A DNA stretch of 64,000 bases from Eledone cirrhosa (lineage: Eukaryota): contig OZ024743.1 in assembly GCA_964016885.1 (NCBI GenBank), positions 192,510,001 to 192,574,000 of the forward strand, given 5' to 3'. Below the pieces are notes generated by a model, which saw only the letters and a list, made by a program, of their open reading frames with translations, made no database searches and was not told where the DNA came from. Positions 51,551 through 64,000 of this stretch are shown piece by piece. The first letter of the stretch is position 1, and every line of letters starts with the position of its first letter. The translations under genes were made by a program, and so were the position numbers.

Positions 51551-54002
51551 CTCTAGATAACTAGTTACCTACTCACCTACAATTTTACAGGTGGTGAGTT
51601 TTAAGTGCTAGAATACTAATCAATATATGATCAGGAGTTCAAATCTAAATATATCCTTTGCATTGTGTCTTTGTGTAAAGCAGCATATTGCCTCTATCAG
51701 AAAATCTTTTCATTTCACAAATGAGTGGTCTCCAATTTAAAAATTACAAAAAATAATTTCTCCAATGAAGCAGAAGCTATACCATAGTAGCATTGAAGTT
51801 GATACAAAATCAGAGGCAGAATATCTTATAAGAACGATTTCTTAACCAAAATCAAACAAACATAATAAAAACAAAGAAAATATTTTAAAAAGGGGTTAAA
51901 CTGATGCAGTAAACAAACAAACAAAAATATGTAAAATAAAATGTCATGCAAGAGTTCAACTAGAATTTACACTTTATACTATGCCAGTCCATACCAATGT
52001 GGAAAGGGGTTGTAAAATGATGAATGATAAACTTATTGACAGTCTTTCAGTTGGTTTTCTATCAATGGACTGCCTTCAAAGGGTTAAGGTAATATTTCTG
52101 ATAATCACAGAGTTAGACGCATGGGAAATACAGGGTCACAGCTTAAAGACAACACTGGTTTTTAATAAACATATGAACATGAAGTGGTAGGTAAAAGAAA
52201 AGAAACATGTAAAAGAGTTCAAATATATTTATGGAATTCAACATGTAGTTTGTAAGGGATTAATACTTAATACCAAACTACCTGAAACCATCCCTGGTTT
52301 TACAATATAAGACTGTTCTAAAGAGTTTGTATTTATCTAAAAACCTTCCATCATAATTTCAATTAAGAACTTTTGTTAAGTTATGTTCCTAATGCCAGCT
52401 AAATAACAAGAAAATTATATTACTAAATGCCTACAAATCCTTGATTATTTCCAAATTTATTTAAAAATCATCAGTGTATTTCATTAGAAATATGCTAATG
52501 GAAGGTTAATGAAATGTTAAACTTCTATGATGTGCTAGTATTGACACTCACCCTCTGGCAAAGAAAAAAAATTAAACTAATGTAATTGTTATTTTAACTG
52601 CTTAAAAGGAATAAAAATAGCCTTCTCAATTATCACACACCCATATAAAATAACAAGTTTCAATCTATTCTAAGTATGTTGTGTTATATGAGACAATGTA
52701 TCATAACAGATAGAGAGAGTCATGATTTTATTTAAGGAAAAAGGCAGGGCATATGTGAAGGTCGTGACAGGATTGGTGAAATTAAATTTACTATCAAAGC
52801 ATATCACAGCTTTATTTACATTTCGCTGGTGCTACAATAAAATGCACCCAGTACACTTTTTAAAAGTGGTTGGCATTGGGAAGAGAATCCAACTGTAGAA
52901 ACCATGTCCTCTCACTCCCAGAAAAGGGTGAGGATTTCAGTTATGCCAAGGACATTACAACCGCTATTGCTAGTGCCTTAACAAAATGCACCGAGTGCAC
53001 TCTAAAGTGGTTGACATTAGAAAGGGAATGTAACTGTGGAAGCCATGCTAAAAATTAAATGCAAAACATGACTACAGATTGCGTCAGGACAGTATTAAGT
53101 ACTGACTTGATCTGTAGACCTGTCCAATCCATGCTAGCATGGAAAAGTGGATGTAAAATGATGATTGCTCTGAATAAATAAAGTTGCACAAATTGTCTTG
53201 CTAGGAAGTTAAAGAAAGAGAAAGTATAAAAGCTGATTGTCAGATCAGACTAAGGAAAACTATCTTTTCTTTGGTCTTTCGATTGCCGATACCATCTGTT
53301 ATTCACAACTTCTAGTAGAAAGAAGCAAAATTTAATTTCAGAACACACACAGCTGGATCAGGTACTGCAAAGCACCATTTTGACTTTTTAACAATTCTAC
53401 CAAGATACTTTCCATACACTGGTACTTGGTACTTTATCAACCTTGAAAGAATGAGAAGTAAAGTTGACCTCGGTGGGATTTGAAGAACAGAAACAAATAG
53501 TAGGGATCAAAAAAAGCAATTTGGATTTGATGTGACTAAAAGTAAAAAATATAACCTAATACTATGAACAGAATATAAGAGAAAATGCAAAGCTAAATGT
53601 GACAGGGAAACAAGTGTTGAAATATTGACCTAGCAACCTTAAATGTAATATAAACCAAACTATTTGAAACATTTTAATGAAGCATGTACATTGTAAAGGA
53701 TAGAAAATATAATATGACCTTTTTCAGAGCTTTTCAAAATGGTGGAAGGGAAGGAAAGAAGACGGTATACTCAAACCAGAGACTTCACTAAAGACACCCA
53801 AGAGCCATGTGGTCGTTTCAAACCAAGCAATGAATTAAAACTAGACACCAGACCAAACTTGACAGCCCACCACATTCTGAAAATATCTTCAAACGCTAAC
53901 ATTACTACCCTTACCATCACCACTATATCACAATTGTCACAATCATATACCCCCATACAGGTTGGTGGTAACAGTGAGTGTTTCAGCAAACACCGACTTT
54001 CC

Positions 54003-55190
54003 TATCATCATCACCGTTTTACGTCCGTTCTTCCATGCTAGCATGGGTTAGATGGGTTGTCCTGTTGTGTGCAGTGTCTGGTCGGCTGACCATGCCTTGC
54101 TCATACAGGAACTGATTTTGGCTTGATTTCTACAGCTGGATGCCCTTCCTAATACCAACCTCATTTACAGTGAGTGCTGGGCGCTTTTTTCCGTAGCGCC
54201 TACACGTCCACTTTACAGTGTGGGCTGGGTGCTTTTTTGCCGTGGCACCTCCATGACCACTTTGCAGGGGGAGGGTGTGGGAGCATATTGTCTATATGCT
54301 TCAACTTGTACCCATGGGAGGTCGGGTACTCTGTATTACTGCATGACGCCAGAGGTCACGGTCGTGTGTCATCGCCTTTGAGGTGTAATTGGGTAAGGTC
54401 GGCTTTTATCACCTCATCCCAGGTCTTTTTGGGTCTCCCCACTCCGTGGTTTCCATTGACTTCTAGTGCTCTGCACCTTTTTATGCAGCTGTCATCCTTC
54501 ATACGCATCACATGTCCATACCAATGCAACCGCCTCTCCTGCACACAGCATTTGATTCCTCTTATGCTCAGTCTCTCTCTCAATTCATTTATGCTTTGCC
54601 GTTCGCGTATATTACTATTACGCATCCATCGGAGCATGCAGGCTTCGTTTCTTTCTAATCTACGTAAGTCTTCCACCTTCAGCGCCCAGGTCTCACTACC
54701 ATGAAACATTGCTGTTCGTATACACGCTTCATACAGTCTGCCTTTCATTTTGAGGGAAAAGCCTTTTGCAATAGTTCCCTGTTCTTCTTCCATCCCGGTC
54801 TTACCCTAGTTATTGTACTTTCTGAACACCCACCACCACTGATAATTCGGTCACCTAGGTAGCAGAAGCTGTCTACTGTTTCTACAGAGCTCTCCTAGTG
54901 ATTGGTGGTACTTGTTTCCTGTGGCTGTTTGCTGTCCCAGCACAGCTGCTACATGTGAAGCCTACATTCTTAATTAAGCTTCCTGAGATCCCACTACATC
55001 TCTTGTGTATCCATTGTTTGCATTTGGGGCAGAGAATGGAGTTCCTACCTACACCTTTCCTACATACTGAGCAAGGCTATTTCCCTGAGGGGATCTGGGT
55101 TCTGTTTTCTAGCCTGGAATTTCTTCTCTGGAATTTCCTATAGTCTTACCATTTTTACTGCAGAGTACAAGGAGGTTAGGAAACGATTCA
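54003..55190 (-). mobile_element. 5'-truncated RTE LINE with PHD finger in the RT region
   Basis: PCSVCRKGVGRNSILCPKCKQWIHKRCSG..FTCSSC, then VDSFCYLGD, KGRLYEACIRTAMFHGSETW, RRLHWYGHV, GRPKKTW; (GAT)n tail. Confidence 0.9.
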
Positions 55191-56455
55191 ACAGCAGAAA
55201 CATCTAACTGCTCTATAGCTGTCCTTGTTTTTCACCTTTTATTTTTGTTTCTTAATCATAGGGGATATTAGATACCTTTCTCAGTCTACCATGGCTTACC
55301 AGCTCTACACAATGTTTAAAAGTGAATGTCTCAGCAAACAATGTCTTTCCTATACACCCATACCCACACCATCATACTGTATCACCATTAATTTTTACAC
55401 CATCATACATGCGGATAGTAAAAGTGTCTCAGCAAACCATGATTTCTTATACTCCCACACCAATGTATGAGTATGTCCATATTGAAAGACAGAAGAGAGA
55501 ACAAGTGTTGAGTAACAAGAAACCAGCCATCTACTTGTAAATCTCTCTGATCATCATCTCTATTTACATGAAAATTAATTAGATGTTACATGAGTGGTAA
55601 TAGGGGTAGAGAGGCTTTACCAGTAATTATAATACCCCCTTTCGCACCTACTATATCATATGTAGATATTTTGTTTAAAGGGCATCTAAAGAAATGAATA
55701 TTTCAATATATTTTTCTGCTGATTAAACCAACAAAATAGGTTTTTATGAGATAGGTTTTTTGTTGTTTTGGCATCCCACCTCTGCATTTTCACACCTGCC
55801 ACCTGTTGACATGCAAAGATGACACTACTGGGATTTGAACACACTGAGACACAAAAGTAGAGGATATAAAGTATTTAGATTAGATCTAGATATATGTTTT
55901 ATGGCCCCCCACAAGGCTATCCTAGAGACAATTGCTCAAAACGTTTGAATGGTATTTTTCGCTATTCTACTTTTATGAAGTAAAAATGTCTTGTTTTCCT
56001 AAATTTTTTTTTTTTTTTTTACATGGAAATTGTGACCTACTTTCCTCAAAAGGCAAACTCACTTGATGTATATACCCTTTTGATACCAAACTGCCCATGG
56101 TTCTACAGTACAAAACTTTTTGTTTAAAGAGCTTATATTTATCTGAAAACCTTTCACAATTTTATTTAAGAACCTTTGTTAAATTATGCTCCAAACACCA
56201 AGTTGATAATGAGAAAGTTATTTTACTAAATCCCTCCTAATTATTAATTATTTTCAAAATTATTTGAAAATCATAGGTAGTATCTTTCATTAGAAATATG
56301 GAAACGAAAATGTTAATGAAGTGAATTGATTTTAACTCAGAAAGTAACCAGAGTCATACACTTTAACATTGTACACTAGAACACTAATAAAAATAGAATA
56401 TTGCTTCCTAATAAACATACAAAATATAGAATATTGCCAATCACAAATATACATA

Positions 56456-56511
<56 letters not shown>

Positions 56512-56591
56512 GAGGTTATATTTAATTTGTTGGGATTCAACAAGCTTTAAACATTTTTATAACTGATATAAAGCACTCAGATTAGTGGAGT

Positions 56592-56911
56592 AAATACACA
56601 ATATATTAATAAATGGAAACTATTTATTTTATTATACATATTTCAAGGGCAACCAAGGCAAATTATGGTGCGCTTTCATCAGATAAAATACAGATTTGTT
56701 TTATAAATAAATATTGACATACCCAGAAAAAAGGAAGCTCCAACCGTTAAGGTTGTCTTTTTTCCAGGTATGTCAATATGTATTTATAAAACAAATCTGT
56801 ATTTTATCTGATGAAAGTGCACCATAATTTGCCTTGGTTGCCCTTGAAATATGTATAATAAAATAAATATGGTTTTATAAATATAGTTTTCATTTATTAA
56901 TATATTGTATG

Positions 56912-56912
<1 letters not shown>
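56592..56912. repeat. ~320-bp palindrome between TA tracts with mirror-image hammerhead-like cores
   Basis: ~140-bp arms; CTGATGA (56808-56814)..stem..GAAA on + and its mirror on -. Confidence 0.8.
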
Positions 56913-56960
<48 letters not shown>

Positions 56961-57221
56961 AGTAAGAGAGCATTTTATTCGTACATCATTTTATTATCTA
57001 ATTAGATAATAAAATGAAGATGTATGAATAAAACCATCTCATTTATTTTACTAAAACTGACTGATACCCTACAGAGAAAATCCTAAGGAATACAAACTGT
57101 AGAGTGCTTCACATCTGTATACATAAAAGTGGGCAGATTTTTGATCAACCAACTTTTATCAACTGAATTATACATATATATATATATATATATAAAAAAG
57201 AAAATTTTTGCTGAATACAAA

Positions 57222-57745
57222 TATAATGAGTTTTTCGAGTATTAATAATAATATTCGATTCGTTTGCAATTATGCAAACATGCCTCAATTTTATAGCCAT
57301 ACTCGGATTACATTTATTGTATTCAGCCATGTAGAGCGAAAATTTGCTTTTTTATTTTGAATTTGGCAAAGCCAGCCATTTATCGCTCGTATACAGGAAA
57401 CTGACTGGCCAATCTTCTGATATGCAAATCTGGCTGATCAGTGGATCTGCTAATATGCAGATCTCACTGATCAGCCAGTCTGTTAATATGCAAATCAGGC
57501 CGATCAGTTACTGTGTATTTTTTAAAATAGCATATATTTTCACTAGCTCTGACAGGTTGGCAGGTGAACAGTGAACTGTACTGATGAAGGGCGATACCCA
57601 GAAACTTTAGTGTCTGCAGTTCTGTTCACATGCCAACACAAGAGCAAGAATGAAGAGTTCATTCTACTGACATGGCTATAAAATTGAGGCTTATTTGCAT
57701 AATTGCAAACGAATCAAATGTTAATATTCGAAAAACTCAGATTAC
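57222..57745. mobile_element. (TA)n-flanked element with ~70-bp terminal inverted repeats and internal hammerhead
   Basis: GAGTTTTTCGA..GATTCGTTTGCAATTATGCAAA..GCCTCAATTTTATAGCCAT is inverted at 57672-57739. Confidence 0.75.
57573..57622 (+). ncRNA. Type I hammerhead ribozyme motif
   Basis: GAACTGTA-CTGATGA-A-GGG cgata CCC-A-GAAA-C tttagt G-TC-TGCAGTTC: 8-bp stem I (extendable), GUC cleavage triplet. Confidence 0.75.
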
Positions 57746-57793
<48 letters not shown>

Positions 57794-59832
57794 GTAATTG
57801 CTGCGACAGAATCCCATAAGCCAGAAGTTGGCAACAGGTAAGAAATTAGAAAAAAAAAAAAAAAAAAAAAAGTAAACAGAAAATCCACAAAAAAAGTTGT
57901 TGATCCTGTTGTATCCCAAGATTCTTGTTCACAAATAAAAGATCTACAATTTAGATATACAATTTTCTTATCCTTTTGATACAAACCCAGCCAAAATTGG
58001 CTTTGGTTCTATGAAACAAATGCATCTAACATCATTTTATATAAGAGTCCTATGTTAAATTGCTATTCTAATAATTGTTTCTAGTTTTGGCACAAGGCCA
58101 GCAATTACCCAGTACATTACTGGTACTTTATTTTATCGATCCCGTAAGGATGAAAGGCAAAGTTAACCTCATAATGAAAAAAAAAATGTTTAGTAAATCT
58201 CTCTAAACTTCATTAATTAATTGAAATAATCATTAGAAATATGAGAAAAGTTAAAACCCCCAAAAGGGAAGGATTTTAATAAAGTAAAATATCTAAATTT
58301 TCAAAAGCAAGCTGTATGTATCCAGTTTAAAACAGACACTATATCCCTATATAAGAAGTGACATAAAAACTGATCCCATGATGACTATAAAGTCTTAACC
58401 CCTGATTTAGCAGGGGAAATGGCCTTAAAATGTCTTGTATCCAAATTTCTGCAAACCCTTCATTTTGCTAATGTAACTAGTTAAAGCAAGAACTGCATTA
58501 AGTCCTGATCCCTTACTCAGGAATTTTATTGAAACTTAGTAAAGTCGTTGAGAGAATGTTCCAGTTGTATCAAAGGCATGACAATCTCAGTACTAAGACA
58601 CACAGTACTAAAACACACCAGCTATAGAAAACTTGCCTAACAAAAGGTTGAGAGGGTTCTTCAGTAATTTCAAGAGTAAGACAACCTAGCTAGTGCTGGA
58701 ACATATGTAAGCAAGATGTAGGCCCTCCGGCTTGTTTCAGGTAAGTAGTTCTGACGAAGTACTGACTCGGCCTGTAATGACCCATCAAATGCATGCCAGC
58801 AGACATTAAATGATGATAATGAAGATGATGACTTGCCTAAATAATCCTTTCTAACATAGGGAAAAAGCCAGAATTAGAAGGAGGATTAGTCTATTAAATT
58901 GACTAGTACTTCCATTGATGTCAGCTGTGGAAAGGAAATGGACTTGCTGTGATTTGAACTCAGAACTTAAAAAGCCAGAGCAAATGTCAAGACATTTTGT
59001 CTGATGCTTTAACAATAATGCAATCAAAGCCAAAATCGTAAAATTACAAATTAAAAAAAAAAAAAAAAAAAATTACCTTTTAAATATGACAGACTAAGGA
59101 GTTGGCACCAAATCATAACCCCCCCCCCCACACACACACACAATACATAAATACAAGAAAACATATATATATATATATGTATATGTAATATTACATAACA
59201 TTATGTCAAGCTACCAGCTGGTTTCATACCAGATGCAGATTTTACTGGAGATAATATATCTACATCTGCATTGTAAATTTCAGATGTTAAGGTCTAAAGA
59301 TTACTATGCAGATATACATTTATCTTCAACAATATAATCTGCACCCAGTATAAAATCAGCCAGTAGCCCGACAATCTTGTGTAACATATATATATATATA
59401 AATATATATAATATAAATAATGACGAAAGCAAATAATAATAAAGCAGGGAAAAGATATATTTTTTGAAGACCAGAAAACAACTAAGCCTGGAAGAAAAGA
59501 CACAGCAAACACTACTACTACAGATAGTGGGAAGGGTTGATGTGAGGGATAAGGTAGGGAGAGATAAAAGGAGATAATCAAAACACCAAAGAAACCAGAA
59601 GCAGTACAATGTGTTGCTGTTTGATTTGTGCCAGTGTTTTCTTCTTCAATGTGTATGTGTGCAGGTGGGTGTGTGTATGTATGTATCAGTGAAGGCATGT
59701 GGCTTAGTGGTTAGGGTGTTTATTTCATGATTGTAAAGTTGTAAGTTTGATACATGGTGGCAGGATGTGTTCTTGAGCAAGACACTATTTCACGTTGTTT
59801 CAGCTCAATCAGTTGGAAAAATGAGTTGTATC

Positions 59833-60008
59833 CAAGGCCCCCAAGAGAAATTTTGTAAAGCGGTACAAGACCCCTTTGGGGCCTGAAGCAGACAAAGATT
59901 TTTCTCCAAATGGATGTTGCATTGTTGCTATGGGGCCTTCTTAGCTCTTGGGCCCCGGAACAAAGTAATGGCTGGACCCCCCCCAACCCACCCCTCTAAT
60001 AGGCCCTG
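59833..60008. mobile_element. hAT-type MITE inserted in a SINE
   Basis: CAAGGCC...GGCCCTG termini; 8-bp TSD GTTGTATC / GTTGTACC. Confidence 0.75.
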
Positions 60009-60557
60009 GTTGTACCTGTAATTCAAAGGACCAGCCTTGTCACACACTGAATCTCCCAGGGAAACAGGTCAAGGGTACATGTATCTGTGGAATGCTCAGT
60101 CACTTGCAAATTAATTTCATGAGCAGGCTGTTCCATTGATCAAATAACTGGAACAATCATCATTGGAACCAACCGAGGTCCAGCTATGTGTTGAGTGAAT
60201 GAATGTAAAGTAAATAATTGTTTCTACTTTTGGCACAAGGCCAGCAATTTGAAGGGGAGGGGAAAGCCGATTAAATCGACCCCAGTGCATTACTGGTGCT
60301 TTATTTAGCAACCCCCGTCAGGATGAAAGGCAAAAAGGAGGGATTTGAACTGAGAATGTAAAGGGCCGTAACTATGCCACGAAACATGGTGTCTGACGCT
60401 CTACTGAACTGCTAAAACATTTTAAAATAAATAATTTTGTTTGCTTTTGTTGTTTTTATTTGCATTAACAGTCAATTCTAGAGAGTAATAGGTTGTGTGG
60501 TAGTATGTGTTGTATATATGAGAGGAAAACACTAATGTTTGTACGACTGCAAGATAC

Positions 60558-60656
60558 CTGAGAAATCATCATCAGTAGACTCAGCCATAGGGGGACACCA
60601 TACAGCCATTGGTGGTGGAGGAGGAGGAGGTGGTTTTTGTTTTATGGGGGGAGGAA
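60558..60656 (-). CDS. Host gene internal proline-rich exon (PPPIKQKPPPPPPPPMAVWCPPMAESTDDDFS)
   Basis: Strong pyrimidine tract + CAG acceptor, GT donor, 99 bp, phase 1-1. Confidence 0.8.
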
Positions 60657-63059
60657 CTGGTAAAGAAGAAAAGAAAAAAAAAATGAGAATATACTGATCT
60701 GACTATAAACTAAAACACACAAGTGTAAATAAAAAAAATATATATATATCCAGACACCAGTGGTGGTGATTAGTAGAGTTCCAGTATAAGTTATCAGCAG
60801 TGTATTTCATTACACATAGAAATAAAATGGTTAACAAATTGTGTAGGGGTGGATGGAAGAAATAAGAAAGATTAAGATTAACCTTTAGCACACTGACATT
60901 GCCTTATGTATTAAGGGGAGATTACTCTATCGGAGATAAAAGGCACCTAGAGCACACTGAAGGTTAAACTAGAACAATTGTAAATAGAAAGAAAAGATGA
61001 AATGAAATACAAGAATATAAAAAAATTAAAAAGTATATTGCAAATAGGATATTATGAAATAAAGGTGATCTAGTGGTTAAGGTCTTTGGATCATGATCAT
61101 AAGATTGTAGGTTCAATTCTTGGACTATGAGGTATATTGTGTCAGAAGTACTTGTCAGTCATGGTAAAGGCATAACATCCTAGTTTAGAAAAACTACACA
61201 AATGTACCCAGTACACATGTATTTGTGAAAGGAAGGACATCCAGAACCAGTTAAACAAAAGGTTAGGACTCTTCAGCTGTGTTAAAAACAAAACCTTCCT
61301 AGTTTAGGAAATCGACACAAACACACCTAGTAACCCAGTACACTGTAAAGGGGTTTGTGAAAGGAAGGACATCCAGCCCTAGTAAACCTGCCAAACAAAG
61401 AGTCAGGAGGGCTTTTTCAGTTGTGTTAAAAACAACCTCTCTTGTGCTGGTGCCACAATAAAATGCACTTAGAGCACAGAAACATATCTGGGTGAAATGC
61501 AGGCCTCTGGCCTGTCAGAGGCAGTCAGAGTGCAAGGATGTATATAGGCAAGATGCAGACTCCACCAGCCAATCTGAGAGGTCAGTAGCTTTGCTTGAGT
61601 ACTGAATTGATCTGTGACAACTCATCCAGCTCTTTCTAGCAGCGAAAACTGACACTAAATGACGATGATGAGTGTTATTTTTGTTAACTCCATTGTAGAG
61701 CATTAATAATAACCAAAATAACAGAAATAATAACAAGTAAAAATAGCAATAATAATAATGATTTCTACTATAGCCACAAGGCCAGCAATTTTAGGAGGAG
61801 GGGAAAGTCGATTAAACCGACCCCAGTGTATTACTGGTGCTTTATTTTATCGACCCCATAAGGATGAAAGGCAAAGCTAACCTCGGCGGAATTTGAAATC
61901 AAAACGCAAAGGGCAGTAACTCGATGCTGCAAAGCTTGTTGTCCGACATCCTACTGATACTGCTAATCTAAAGAATATTTTGAATTTCTGGGATCTGTTT
62001 CTGATTTGGTGTAATATTAAAGAGAGCGGGACTAGCTGAGTTGAAATAATTGTGCCATAAGGTTTTTACGATATGCATGTTTTATTTTTGTTGTGGGCCC
62101 AAGCCTTAGCTGTACTTTAAAGATGATGCCAACATCATTTGGGCAATACTGATAGAATATTTTCCACATCATGCCGATAATGTAGCGCACAGGGTGGTGT
62201 TGGAGAGAATAGAGTTTGAGCTTTTCTAGTGGTTTCTAATTTAGGCACAAAGCCAGCAATTTGCAGGGTGGGGGTGTAAGGCAATTATTTTGACCCCAGT
62301 ACTTTACTGGGCAAAATGCAAATTTGACTTCAGCATAATTTGAAATAACAGAAATAACTGTAATAAAACAAATGAATAACAAATAAATAATAAACAATAG
62401 ATAACAAAATAATAATAAATAAATAAACAAATAAATAAATAATAGTAATAAGAACAACAATAATAATAGCTTTTAATTTAAGCGCAATGCCCAAAATATG
62501 ACTGGTTCTTTATTTTTCAACCCTAAAAGGATGAAAGACAAAGTTGACCGTGACTTAATTTGAACTCAGAACATAAAAAGCCATAACAAAATGCTGCAAT
62601 GCATTTTCTTGAATGCTCTAACAATTCTGTCATTCCACAATAATAATTGTTTCTATGTTAGGCACAAGGCCAGCAATTTTTTAAAGGGGTGGGGGCGAAT
62701 TATTCGACCCCAATACATTACTGGTGCTTTATTTTATAAATCTCGTAAGGATGAAAGGGAAAGCTTAACCTTCGCAGCTTTGCCTTTCATCCTTACGATT
62801 AAATCGACCCCAGTTCATTACTGGTGCTTTATTTTATTGACCCTGAAAGGATAAAAGGCAAAGCTGCTGAGGTTAGCTTTGCCTTTGATCCTTATAATAA
62901 TAAAATAGTAATAGCAGATAACATTTATTTTGTTAGAAGCTTCTAAATTTGTTGCAATATTTGTTTAAACAAACTAAATTTAGTTGAAGATTCTGATCTT
63001 AAGTTTGCACTTATTGAATGAACAAAGAATTGTGAACTATATATATATATATATATATA

Positions 63060-63060
<1 letters not shown>

Positions 63061-63140
<80 letters not shown>

Positions 63141-63192
63141 GACAGAGAGAGAGAGAGACAGACAGAGAGAGAGAGACAGAGAGAGAGAGAGA
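63061..63192. repeat. Compound (TG)n/(AG)n/(AGAC)n microsatellite
   Basis: Direct sequence. Confidence 0.97.
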
Positions 63193-64000
63193 ATATTGTT
63201 AAACTGTTTACACTGAAAACTATTTCTGAAGAGATTAAAGAACTATTTTAAACATTCAATAAATTCCATTAATCTTGTAAACAGAATTGATTGCAATTAT
63301 ATACAAATTTCAATACAGAAACTTAAGAATAATTCATATAATAATAGTAAATATATATACATTTTTTTCCATGTTTTTGTCATTCACATTTTTGTTTAAA
63401 GGAATCGTTTTCCATAATTTCAATTTGTTGATTTCTTTTCACAAAATGTACAATGATCAATTAAAAAAACCAAACAAAAAACAAAAAAAAATGAAATGAG
63501 CATAAACAATAGAAAATGCTTATGAAGTAGAATGAAAAAAAAAAAAATCTTTGCAAGTAAAAGCCAAAATTAAGCAGAAAGTTAAATAAAAATCAACATG
63601 CAGGAATTAACGTTTCTGTTATAGAATCACCTGAAACTCACACTGGAAATAAAACTTTATTCTAAAGTGTTTATATACTACTAAAACTGTGATTGTGTTT
63701 GCCTGTAATTTAATACAGCCAAAACAGCCCATAATGGGAAAATACTTTGAAAGGAAGTTGCTCCTGAAAAGGTCAATACAAATGGAATAAAACAAGTTTC
63801 GCGTAAATTGGAGCACGGGTTCCCAAGATACAGGATTTTTTCCAGGTATCATCTTAAATAGCCAACAGCTCCGTGATAACCAATCAGATCACTAGCGTGC
63901 TTACCGTTGTTTCATTTCCAAAAAGCCTTAGTGCAGTCAAGTTAAGGACATGTATATATTGTAAAATTAAATTGGAAGGCCCATAGGAGACAAGTTAGAG

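Noticed and set aside
53700-53990. Possible exon or ORF (53739-54041, 53771-53989)
   Set aside because: No convincing splice pair or motif similarity.
63620-63930. Further host-gene exons (splice-like signals near 63630 and 63904)
   Set aside because: Candidate exons do not give an open phase-1 frame compatible with the other exons.

Overview
AT-rich, repeat-dense animal genomic DNA. The SINE, RTE, Helitron and MITE families look like those of a coleoid cephalopod, probably Octopus; this is recognised from repeat sequence, not proven. One host gene is visible on the minus strand as five in-frame, phase-1 exons (60656-60558, 49779-49603, 33975-33832, 28147-27983, 26883-26765). They encode a proline-rich stretch and repeated (I/V)R(Y/F)xG..IPS+xF+xLQ motifs resembling the PDLIM/Zasp ALP-like motif; the 5' part of the gene lies beyond the window. 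The rest is nested mobile DNA: a near-full-length CR1-type LINE (42061-47389), RTE, CRE and probable Tx1 LINE fragments, Helitrons, a complete non-autonomous Gypsy-like LTR element, tRNA-derived SINEs, piggyBac/mariner/hAT MITEs and (TA)n-embedded inverted-repeat elements, some with hammerhead-ribozyme cores. The most unusual signal is in two different LTR families. Each has its LTR end followed by a ~35-nt copy of the 3' half of mature tRNA-Trp (with CCA and the same substitution at A58), then a duplicated LTR end; one also has a second PBS. The two families use different ends for integration. A third LTR-like family occurs both single-ended and as a fold-back, MITE-like palindrome with a 4-bp TSD. 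Most ORFs in the supplied track are microsatellite or repeat artefacts.
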